NCBI RefSeq assembly: GCF_000142905.1
Contig: NW_013657638.1
Span: 54,593 to 118,592 of the forward strand
DNA: 64,000 bases
DNA from: Thecamonas trahens ATCC 50062
Lineage: Eukaryota; Protista; Apusomonadida
Direction of reading: 5' to 3'
In this document: positions 11,601-21,320 of the stretch, one piece after another
Position numbering within the stretch: position 1 is the stretch's first letter
How the letters are laid out: every line of letters begins with the position of its first letter
Translations under genes and position numbers: made by a program
The notes under the pieces: model-generated
Told to the model about the DNA's origin: nothing
What the model saw: only the letters and a program-made list of their open reading frames with translations
Databases searched by the model: none

Positions 11601-12185
11601 GCAAAACTCCATGCGATGATGACTGGCTGGTCGGCGTGTATGGTGTATTGTTGCACTCAAGGACGGGCCACGTCCTTGGAGTGGAGGAATAGGTAAACGT
11701 TGTGGAGGCCAAAGACGGCGTAGAGGAGGGCGGTGGTCATCGACGAGCCGCGCAGGGTCCATTGCGCGCCCGAGAGGACACAGTCATGGGCCATGGACGA
11801 CGATGATGGCTGGCTTGGTTGCGAGGCTTTGTACGATGATGGTTGGCTTGGTTGCGAGGCTTTGTACGATGATGGTTGGCTTGGTTGCGAGGCTTTGTAC
11901 GATGATGGCTGGCTTGGTTGCGAGGCTTTGTACGATGATGGCTGGCTTGGTTGCGAGGCTTTGTACGATGATGGCTGGCTGGGTTGCAAAACTCCATGCG
12001 ATGATGACTGGCTGGTCGGCGTGTATGGTGTATTGTTGCACTCAAGGACGGGCCACGTCCTTGGAGTGGAGGAATAGGTAAACGTTGTGGAGGCCAAAGA
12101 CGGCGTAGAGGAGGGCGGTGGTCATCGACGAGCCGCGCAGGGTCCATTGCGCGCCCGAGAGGACACAGTCATGGGCCATGGACGA
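11601..12185. repeat. Direct duplication with 385-bp period: identical 200-bp blocks 11601-11800 and 11986-12185, separated by about 5.5 further 33-bp units
   Basis: Base-by-base identity of the two blocks; the block includes the last ~48 codons of the neighbouring membrane-protein gene. Confidence 0.93.
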
Positions 12186-13711
12186 GAACCGCATGATGGC
12201 CCAGACAAGAGTCGAGCCTGACCACTCGAGGGCCAGCATGATCCAGACAAAGGTGACAAGCCGGTCGTAGGTCTCTTGGTTGCGCTGGTACGGATACGCC
12301 GCCGAGTTGCCTGTGTTGTGAAGGAGGAAGAGGAAGCAGCCGAACGAGATGAGCGACATCCGCTGCGCCTGCGCCACGAAAAAGTACTCGACGCCGGTCT
12401 TGTGCCTGTACACCTCGGCGGGAACAAAGAGGCCGCGATTGATGAACCGGAGCAGGACGACTCCGGGTCGGTTCCAGGAGAGCAGCAACTCGCGCAGCCG
12501 CAGCCGCAGCCGCAGGTACAGCGACGTCATCCGCAGCGGATAGAGCGCTACCTCTTGGGTTGTATTGACTAGCTGGAAGATGAGGAACGTAGTCGTCGAC
12601 GTCACCGTCGTAAACAGAATCCGGTAGAAGAGGAGCGGGAAGAGCGTGGCCGCCCACACCGCCAGCGGCCGGATCTGTCGCGGCCGTGACCAGCCAAAGT
12701 GCGGAGCAAAGACGCGCGAGAAGGCGTCAACCCGCCGTGCTTGCCCCACAAGAAGCCAGTAGAGCGGATAAAAGGTAAAGTTGTACGCAAGACCAAGCCC
12801 GATCTGCCACGTCTGGCTTGTGCCCAGCTCGCGGAAGATCGAGACAAAGGTCATCGACCAGATCGGCATCCCGATCATGGCAGCGGCGACAATGATCACG
12901 GCTCGGAACCACTGCTCCACAAGCAGGCATGGCCGCAGTCGTGCTGCTACAAACGCAGCCTTGCCCCGGCGCGGCCACCAGCTGAAACGCAGCCAGACCC
13001 CGTGGAAGAGAGAAACGACGCCGATGACCACCAGCGGCGAGACGTGGATCCATCGCTCAAACCGTGGCGTGGTCATCATCGACCGCACCAGCGCGCTCAA
13101 GCCGGCCGCCACCACCGCAGCAAGCACAATGCAGGCGCCCGCCAGCGCCTTGGGCATCGCTGGTACCGCCAGGCCCATAATCGCGGTCGCAGTCGCGCCG
13201 GTCACAGCGTACAGCATGGCGAGCATGGCTCCGCCAAAGAGCCAATACTCGCCAGTAGCGCCAGCTCGCTCCGACGGTGCGCCAGTCTCCAGCACAGGCG
13301 TCGGGATCATCAGCCACGCGGCAATGATCAGGATCGGTGCAAAGAGCATGACCGCTGTCCAGCCCCAGAGCCAGGCCACCGACTCGGTGACCTGAATCGA
13401 GAACGCCGGGCCCGCTCGGCGCCCATAGCCTGACCCAGCCGACGCCACTCTTCTGCAGGCGAGCTCGAGGTAAGCAGATCCTGCACTAGCGCCACCCTGC
13501 CTGACTCGGCATCGATGGCCATCAACGCCTGTAGACTCGGAACACTCTCGTCCAATTCGTCAGCCCAACTCTCGGCGTTGCCGTCAGCCATGTGTTCTGC
13601 CCCGGCAACCAAGCTCGACTTGCCGCTCTCCTCGTCGATGGCCACCAGCTCACGCGGAGACACCTCATTGCTGCTACTTGAGGCATACGAGCTCGGCTCC
13701 ACCCGTGCCAT
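12042..13711 (-). CDS. Polytopic membrane protein of unknown family (~10 TM), apparent 1-nt frameshift near 13409
   Basis: ORFs 13328-13711 and 12042-13448 join if one C is added (…AERAPAFSIQVTES…); many hydrophobic helices. Confidence 0.65.
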
Positions 13712-14537
13712 GCGACGTGACTTGGGGGAGGAGAGGGGGAGTGGGGAGGGGGGAGGGGAGCAAGTCAGGTGGTGGGATTGTTGTTACCGAACCATTGTCA
13801 ACAATCAACTATTATGGTTGAAATGGTGTCATCAATGATTGCCACCAAGGATAATAATGGTTGCCAAGCCATCATTGATACTGCACCATGACTCATCATC
13901 ACCCCCCCCCCCCCCCCTCCCCCAACCCCCTTGACCCCCTGTCTCACTTCCCCCCCCCCCGTCAAGTGCTTTTGCAGTTANNNNNNNNNNNNNNNNNNNN
14001 NNNNNNNNNNNNNNNNNNNNNNNNNNNNNNNNNNNNNNNNNNNNNNNNNNNNNNNNNNNNNNNNNNNNNNNNNNNNNNNNNNNNNNNNNNNNNNNNNNNN
14101 NNNNNNNNNNNNNNNNNNNNNNNNNNNNNNNNNNNNNNNNNNNNNNNNNNNNNNNNNNNNNNNNNNNNNNNNNNNNNNNNNNNNNNNNNNNNNNNNNNNN
14201 NNNNNNNNNNNNNNNNNNNNNNNNNNNNNNNNNNNNNNNNNNNNNNNNNNNNNNNNNNNNNNNNNNNNNNNNNNNNNNNNNNNNNNNNNNNNNNNNNNNN
14301 NNNNNNNNNNNNNNNNNNNNNNNNNNNNNNNNNNNNNNNNNNNNNNNNNNNNNNNNNNNNNNNNNNNNNNNNNNNNNNNNNNNNNNNNNNNNNNNNNNNN
14401 NNNNNNNNNNNNNNNNNNNNNNNNNCTCACCCCATGTCTCCTACCCCCCTCCTCACTTCCCCCCCCCCTCCCACACCCCACCACCCACCACCACCACCAC
14501 TCCCCCTTCACCCCCCCTCCACATACCACACACACAC

Positions 14538-15579
14538 ATGACCTCAACACCATCACCCGTTGCTGTGGTTCTCGCCGTGGCGCTGCTTGCTACCCTAACC
14601 ATGGCCACCACCACCACCAGTACGCTCCCCATCACCCCCCTCCTCCCCCCCCCCTCCCTCCCTCCCCCCTCCCCCGTACTCATCACCCACCACCACAGAC
14701 ACAACATGGTTCACCGCATCGCTCGACGGAAACATTTACGCCCTGGACCCGGAGAATGGCTCGCTGGATCCGCGTGGCTCGTTCAGCTGGAACGGGACAG
14801 ATGAGCTGCAGCTGACCCTGTCGCAGTCGGTGGCGGCGGGCGATGCTGCGGGCGAGAGAGCCTACTTTGCCGCAAACAACGTGGGCGAGACTCCGGCGGC
14901 AGTCATTGTGGCCGTTGACGTCTCGGTCACGCCAGTCACCTTTGTCCAGTCGCAGATCTACCCGTTCTACGTCGACGTCATCCATGTTGACGGCGATGAC
15001 CTCGTGGTCCTCGCAAACTTGGGCAACGAAGCCATCCAGCTCAAGGCCATCGATGCAACGAGCCTCAAGGTGCTGCACAACCTCACGACGCCCATCTACG
15101 ACGTCGAGCTTGTGCCAGGCGCTGGCTCGGCCTTTAACGCCGAAGCCAACATTTTCACCGTCCAGCTCTACTCGTTCAAGTACGGCATTCGGCTGGTGAG
15201 CCTCAACGTGAGCGCGCACAACAACACCATTCTGTACTTTCCGCAGATGGTGGCCGCCGTCGTCAAGATGGCGTACTCGCCGCAGCACGACGCCGTGTTT
15301 GGCATTGTCGGTGGCGGCGTGCTCCCGGTCTTTGGCTACCTCATCTCGCCGATCACCGGAGCCTTCTCGGACCGCCACCAGCTCACCGACGGCCTCGGCG
15401 CCTTTGCTGACCTCTCCTACGGCTTTTCCGCCGCCACCGGCGACGTCCTCATCGGCGTACCGCGCTACTCGGGCTCGACAGACTTTACGCTCGCCACCAC
15501 CGCCACCATCCCGTTCCAGACCGCCGCCAAGTTCTCGCTGCCGTATCTGGCGACGCAGATCGTCGTCGCCATGGCTTGA
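14538..15579 (+). CDS. Secreted beta-rich (probable beta-propeller) protein, 2 exons (14538-14619, 14699-15579)
   Basis: Signal peptide VAVVLAVALLATLTMA; GTACGC…CACAG intron restores frame; PQQ-like SLDGNIYALDPENG; several N-glycosylation sequons. Confidence 0.7.
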
Positions 15580-15639
15580 CCGCCGCAGCTGTAACATCAT
15601 GTCCCTGGGCAGCAGCTGTCTGCTGCCGGCGCCCGTGCC

Positions 15640-16911
15640 TCACCGCTCGAGAAACGAGTCCGGAATCATAAACGTAAACGTGCCTGACGAGTACTCGGCG
15701 TAGGCGCCGTCGCGGTACGAGGGCGCGACCGCCCCGGACGCCACAGCCGCCATAAACGCCTCCACATCCGCCAGCGCCGACGACGGCAGATTCGCCTCCA
15801 CGTGCCCGCACGAGAGCGTGACCGCCAGCGGATCTGCCTCGGCTCCACCCGGAAACATAGCCGAGCCCGGCGAGCCGGCAGCAATGCCACTCCCGCCGCC
15901 GCTACCACTACCCGCGGCAGCCGCCACCGCCGGTGCGTCCACTGACGGCGGCGCCATCGCCATCACTCCCTCGGGGTCCGAGAGGTACATGTTGATGGCG
16001 TTGGCCGGGAGCCAGTCGGCGAGCGCCATCAGCGTCTCGACCGAGAACAGTGCGTCAGCTGTGGCACGGTCGAGGCCGACCACGCCCAGAAAGCCCTCGA
16101 TGACCGCGGCTCGCTGCGCTGCCATCCCGCCGTTACCTGTAGGCTCAGCTACAGCGTCTTCTGGGCTCCCAGCAGGTTCAACCACCAAGGTCGTCGACCC
16201 TTCCGCCGCCGGAGCGACTTCTGCCCCGCCGTCTCCGGTCGGAATCGGCGGCAGCGTGCCGGCAGCGCGGCGCTCGGCCTCGCGAGCATCGACAAACTCG
16301 ATGAGGGTCCGCAGCGTGGCGCGAAAGTCAGCCATCGACGAGCCAATGCAGTCCAGGTGGACTGGGGTGTACGGGTAGAGGTTGTCGCCGACAAACAGCC
16401 TGCCCTCGGGCCGCAGATACAGCGCGATCGAGTCCTTGGTGTGGCCCGGAGTGAACAGAATCTCCAACGCGTTGTCCGGCGACGGGTTGGCGTCGTCAAG
16501 GTAGACCAGCTCGCCGTTGTCGAGCCAGCGCGAGACGCCTAGCACAGGCGCAGCAATCGAGTGCGCCATGCACAGAGAGGTGATGTCCGAGTTCTCGGTA
16601 AAGGTCCTGTCAGCGGCGCCCATGGCGATGTCGATGACGCTCGGCTTGCCAGCCTCGACAAAGTGCCTGTTCCCGCCGGTGTGATCAAAGTGGACGTGGG
16701 TGTTGATGACCAGATACGGCTTGTTCTCCGCGTTGCCATGGCTATCGATCCAGTCCTTGAACGACTCGCCGCCCGTCCCCGTGTCGATGACCACCACCTT
16801 GTCGCTCCCCTCCACCAGGTACAAGAACGGATACTGTCCGCACGAGTCCGCCTCCACCACCTTGACCACTCGCTCGCTCACTCGCTCGCCCGTAAACCTT
16901 CCTGCAGACAT
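15640..16911 (-). CDS. Metallo-beta-lactamase-fold hydrolase (MBLAC2-like) with internal UBA-like insertion
   Basis: VIDTG, THVHFDH, TPGHT, LFVGD and late CGH motifs. Confidence 0.85.
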   Translation of the reverse strand: MSAGRFTGERVSERVVKVVEADSCGQYPFLYLVEGSDKVVVIDTGTGGESFKDWIDSHGNAENKPYLVINTHVHFDHTGGNRHFVEAGKPSVIDIAMGAADRTFTENSDITSLCMAHSIAAPVLGVSRWLDNGELVYLDDANPSPDNALEILFTPGHTKDSIALYLRPEGRLFVGDNLYPYTPVHLDCIGSSMADFRATLRTLIEFVDAREAERRAAGTLPPIPTGDGGAEVAPAAEGSTTLVVEPAGSPEDAVAEPTGNGGMAAQRAAVIEGFLGVVGLDRATADALFSVETLMALADWLPANAINMYLSDPEGVMAMAPPSVDAPAVAAAAGSGSGGGSGIAAGSPGSAMFPGGAEADPLAVTLSCGHVEANLPSSALADVEAFMAAVASGAVAPSYRDGAYAEYSSGTFTFMIPDSFLER

Positions 16912-17144
16912 GGCTGAGTCGGGTGCTGGTGCCGGTGCGCCGGTGTCGGTGCGGGTGGCCCAGTCCAAAGCCGACCAAAGGAGGCACAGAAACGACACGA
17001 CACGACTCGACCATCGCCTACGGCAGCAACGCCGCCGCATTGCTGCCAAGGCAAAGGCATCACGCCTACCGCCGCCACCGTCGGGCACGTGTCAGCGGCG
17101 GCGGTCGGCTGGGCCCGGCAACTCGACTGTCTGTTCGGTTCATT

Positions 17145-18786
17145 TTACTGCTGGGCACACTGGACGCCGCCGCCGCCACCACCACCGTGTCCGTGCTCGT
17201 CCTCGTCGTAAGCCTGGCGGCTCTGGCCCTCGACGTGCTTGACGGTGAGGTGGACCTCCTCGGCGTTCGGGTTCGCGGCCTTGGGACGGGTCGCCTCGGG
17301 TAGGATCTGGCGGAGCTGGTCGACAACCTCGACGGGGAGGACGTCGGGGAAGGTGACCGAGAACTCGATGAAGAGATTGCCGCGGAGCGCCGGGTTCTTG
17401 TTGCGCGGCATGCCCTCGTCGGGCACGCCGATGATCTGGTTGGGTGCAATGATCTGGCCGGGCAGGGCCTTGACCAGCAGCTCGCGGTCGTCGAGAGTGG
17501 TGATGTTGAACTCAAAGCCGGTGAGTGCCTCAATGAGCGAGAGCTTCATCTTCATGAACAGGTCGTCGCCACGGCGCTCAAATCGCTCGTCCTCCATCTC
17601 CTGGACCACAAAGACAATGTCGCCGGTCTCGAGGCCCGGCGCCTCGTTGGCCTTGCCGCGGAGCACAATCGACTCGCCGTGGCGCATGCCCGGGCGCACG
17701 TTGATCTCGATGTCCTCCGACTTCTCCATCAGCTTGCGGCCAGAGCACTCGGGGCACCGGTCGGCCGCATCGAGCAGCTCGCCCTCGCCAGAGCACGCAT
17801 CGCACGGCACGTGCATCTGCTGCACCATGCCCGGGCCGATCTGCCGCATCATCACCTTGACACCCTGCCCGTTGCACGAGCGGCAGCTCTTCGCTTCCTT
17901 GCCGTCGACGCCGCCCTTGCCGCCGCACGGCGTGCAGAGCACCGACCGCGTGATCCGAAGCTTGCGCTTGCGGCCCTTGTACAGATCCGCAAGCTCCACC
18001 CCGAGCCCGTGCTTCATGTCGGGCGTCTTGGTCGGCGGCCCGCGCGAACGCCCACCGCCAAACAGATCAAAGATGTCTGCAAATCCGCCAGCACCCGGCC
18101 CGCCTGCACCCTGCAGACCCTCCAGCCCGAACCGGTCATACTGCGCCCGCTTCTCATCGTCCTGCAGCACGTCCCACGCCGCCGAGATCTCCTTCATCTT
18201 CTCAGCAGCCTCTTCGTCTCCTGGGTTGCGATCGGGGTGGTACTATGAAAGAGAGGGGGGGAGGGGGGGGGGGATGGGTAGGTGTGAGTCAGAGAAGCAT
18301 TATACCCAGGGATGTTCGCAGGGGGTCGGAGTGTCTGTCCTTACCTTCTTTGCCAGCTTCATGTACGCCTTGCGGATCTTGGGCGTGGGACTGTTGACAG
18401 ACGGGGCGGGGGAGAAAGGGAGGGGAGGGGGAGGGGAATGGTGAGTGTGGAGGAGTAGAGTCAGTAGAGGGTAGGGGGACGAGGGAGGGGGGGAGGGGAA
18501 GGGGAGGGGGGGGGAGGGGGGTACGGATGGAAGGTTGTGGGGGGAGGGAGGGAGGGAGGGAGGGGGGACCAACTGCGACCTTCCCTTCACGAATCCAATC
18601 ACCGCACATTGGCGACAGGCGTGACGGGGGTGGCCATGGCTGGGAGACGGGGGGTGGGAAAGGTGGGGAAAGGAGAGCAAGAGGAAGAGGGGGGGAGGGG
18701 AGGGAGGGAGGGGAGAGGGGAGGAGGGGGGACATACGTGTCAGGCTCGACGCCGAGGACATCATAGAGCTCGCGGTGCTGTGCCAT
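17145..18786 (-). CDS. DNAJA: Type I Hsp40 (DNAJA/Ydj1), 3 exons (18786-18737, 18390-18345, 18242-17145)
   Basis: Spliced J-domain LYDVLGV…IRKAYMKLAKKYHPD, four CxxCxGxG-type repeats, C-terminal CaaX box CAQQ; canonical GT-AG junctions keep frame. Confidence 0.95.
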
Positions 18787-18950
18787 CTTCGTTGAGGAAG
18801 AGAGACGGGTGGTTCGTAGTTGAAAAGTCGAGAGATGATGGTGGGCAAGAGGCAAACTCGACGCAAACCATTCAGGAAGCATGTGGGCGGCTCTGGTGAA
18901 GGGGCACAAAGGACAAGAGTGTGTATGCGGGTGGAATGGTAATGGCGGAG

Positions 18951-20876
18951 TCATGATACGAGAACAACAATGGGCCGCGGAGGCGGCGCGATGCCGGTCA
19001 GCCACTTGGAGTGGCCCGAGCTCGGATCATAGCCGTAGTACCCGCGCTGCGCGGCGTAGAGCTGGGTAGCGACCGAGTGGACCATGTCCGACGGGAGCTC
19101 GCGGCGGGCGGCGGCGACGCCTGCGGCAAGCGCATCAACGACTTCGGGTGAGGGCGCCGACCGCGGCGTGGCGGGCGTCGAGCCGCGGGTGGAGATGACC
19201 GCCGGCGGTGCGGCGCCGAGCAGCGAGTGCCGCTCAGCCGCGAGAGAGGAGAGAACGGCAAGGACATGGCAAGCAAAGGTGGCAAAGAGGTGCGGCGTCA
19301 TGACGACCGGCCGCTTGCCGGCCGCCGAGAGCTCACGCCGGCGCGCCAGCTCCTCGGCCATCTCCATCTCCTTGCACCGTGCAAGCTCCTCGGCCGCCTG
19401 TCCATCGTCGTCATCATTGCCGGCGGCAGGCGAGGCCTGCGGCATCGGCGCGAGCGGAGCCTCCGTCTCGGCCGGGCCGCGGTCGCGGTCACGGTTATGC
19501 GCGCCGGACGCGCGCTGTTCATAGGTCGACAGCGACTCTCCCACCGCGGACTCATCCGCAGGGAAAGCCGCCATCGACACCGGCACCTGGCTCGCCTGGC
19601 TCCCGGCCAGCGGCGTGATCTGCGGTGCCACAATCGGCGTCACAGGGTACGGCGCCGCCTCTGGCAGCCCCGAGTCAAGCGTCGACGGGCCGGCGAGGAG
19701 CACATCCTCCAGCTCGCGGGTCAGCGCGACCGAGAGCGCCTCGGCCGCAGCCTCGGCCCGAGTCTCCTGCACCATCACGGCTGCCGTCGTATCGTCTGCG
19801 GCGACGCGCGGCGAGTGCGCCGACTGCAGCGTGTCGTCGTGGAACGACGTTGCCACCGTCGTCATCGAAGACGTCTTGCGCTTCTTGACCGGCGTCGCCC
19901 ACGCGTTCTCAAAGCTCGCCATGTCAAAGGCCGACGAGTCAAAGACAAAGTGTCCGTCCTGGGTCGGCGTCGGCGTGAGGACCAGCGAGGCGTAGCCGCT
20001 CGCAAACCCGCCCGAGCCGCTGCTCGAGCCAAAGTTACCCACCACCACCGGCGCAGGCACAAACGCGCGCGAGAGCGCCGGCGGCCGCACCGCCGAAGGC
20101 TTGGTGGCCTGGCCGGCCTCGGCCACGCCCGTGCTCGCACCAACATCTCCCACACCCGCCTCGTCCTCGTCAGACAGGTCCATCAGCGAGAGCGTCGGCA
20201 CCGTGTTGAAGGCCAGCTCAGCGGCCTCGTCCGGCTCGGCACCGTCGAGCCGCGCCCCGTGCTGGACGAGGCAGCCCATGATCGAGTGCAGCGCGTGCTG
20301 CAGCTGCGCCTGCGACTGTTCGTGCGACCGCATCATCGACCACAACCGCTGGTTCTCCTGCCGCAATTCATCAAGCGTGGTGCCTGTCGACGAAGTCCGC
20401 GCCTGCAGCGCCGCCACTTGGTCCGAGAGCTCGTCGCGCTGCGATCGCAGGTGATGCAGCTCCGCCCGCAGCTGCTGCGCCGTCGCGCCGGTCGCTGCCG
20501 CCAGCGCGCTCGCGCCCGAGCTCGACGAGCCCTTGCGCACAATGGTCGTCAGCTTCTCCGGCACGCCGCGGACAAAGCCCGGATGCGAGAACCGCCAAAC
20601 GCCCGGCCGCTTGTCCTTGGCAAAGCCGTACATGTTGCACTGACGGGTCCACGACGAGAACTGGTTGTGCTTAAAGTACTTGCCGAGCACCACGTCTTCC
20701 ATGCCCTCACGGGAATGGACTTCAAAGCCACGACCGTCGTCATCCCACGACACAATGTTGTCGGTCGAGGGATCAGAGACCATGGCAAAGGTTTTGGCCA
20801 GAAAAGGCGCCACAGCTTTGCTGCCCGACGACAGCGCGCTCGTTGGACACGACGCTGACCGATGCAACAAAGACAT
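18951..20876 (-). CDS. HSF: Heat-shock factor family transcription factor
   Basis: DNA-binding domain PFLAKTFAMVSDP…W…YFKHNQFSSWTRQCNMYGF…FSHPGFVRG followed by an HR-A/B-like coiled coil (LRQENQRLW). Confidence 0.9.
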   Translation of the reverse strand: MSLLHRSASCPTSALSSGSKAVAPFLAKTFAMVSDPSTDNIVSWDDDGRGFEVHSREGMEDVVLGKYFKHNQFSSWTRQCNMYGFAKDKRPGVWRFSHPGFVRGVPEKLTTIVRKGSSSSGASALAAATGATAQQLRAELHHLRSQRDELSDQVAALQARTSSTGTTLDELRQENQRLWSMMRSHEQSQAQLQHALHSIMGCLVQHGARLDGAEPDEAAELAFNTVPTLSLMDLSDEDEAGVGDVGASTGVAEAGQATKPSAVRPPALSRAFVPAPVVVGNFGSSSGSGGFASGYASLVLTPTPTQDGHFVFDSSAFDMASFENAWATPVKKRKTSSMTTVATSFHDDTLQSAHSPRVAADDTTAAVMVQETRAEAAAEALSVALTRELEDVLLAGPSTLDSGLPEAAPYPVTPIVAPQITPLAGSQASQVPVSMAAFPADESAVGESLSTYEQRASGAHNRDRDRGPAETEAPLAPMPQASPAAGNDDDDGQAAEELARCKEMEMAEELARRRELSAAGKRPVVMTPHLFATFACHVLAVLSSLAAERHSLLGAAPPAVISTRGSTPATPRSAPSPEVVDALAAGVAAARRELPSDMVHSVATQLYAAQRGYYGYDPSSGHSKWLTGIAPPPRPIVVLVS

Positions 20877-21320
20877 AACGAGGGAACAAAGCTGGATCCA
20901 AGCAACGTTTCAGAGGAGGTGTTGTACACAAAGGTGTTGAAGGCGGTGGACGAAGACGGCCGCTCACGACTCGATGACGGTCTCTACTGCTTGACGTAGG
21001 TTCTTGTGCTTGGCGACAAGTGTATGCCGAAATTTCGAACTTTTGCCGGCCAATGGAAAACTCCGCGCCGGCTCGTGGAATCTTCCGTCCGCTCGAACAC
21101 TTTGAGCCACAGTACCCTGTGCTGCCTGTTGCAGAGTCTGCAAGCAGATGGGGTGGAAGGGATGAGGGAGGGGGGGTTGGACGATTGTTGTAGTCGGGGG
21201 GAGGGAGGAGGGCGACGCGAGACCATGGGCGGGTGACGGGGTGGGGGGAGGGGCGGAGCGGAATCGCTGGCCAATGGAAGGTGACTCTCAGAAGATTCCG
21301 ACAGCGGGTGTGGCAAGGCG

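Noticed and set aside
10973-11985. 33-bp repeats as a CRISPR array
   Set aside because: Units are head-to-tail with no unique spacers, there are no cas genes, and the context is eukaryotic
13888-14815. ORFs spanning N-gaps (also at 24.4, 44.7 and 50.0 kb)
   Set aside because: Open only because N codons have no stops
18858-20858. Long antisense/alternate-frame ORFs such as 19227-20858 (+), also 25054-26895, 28811-30196 and 37619-38845
   Set aside because: Shadow ORFs expected from high GC and strong codon bias opposite real genes
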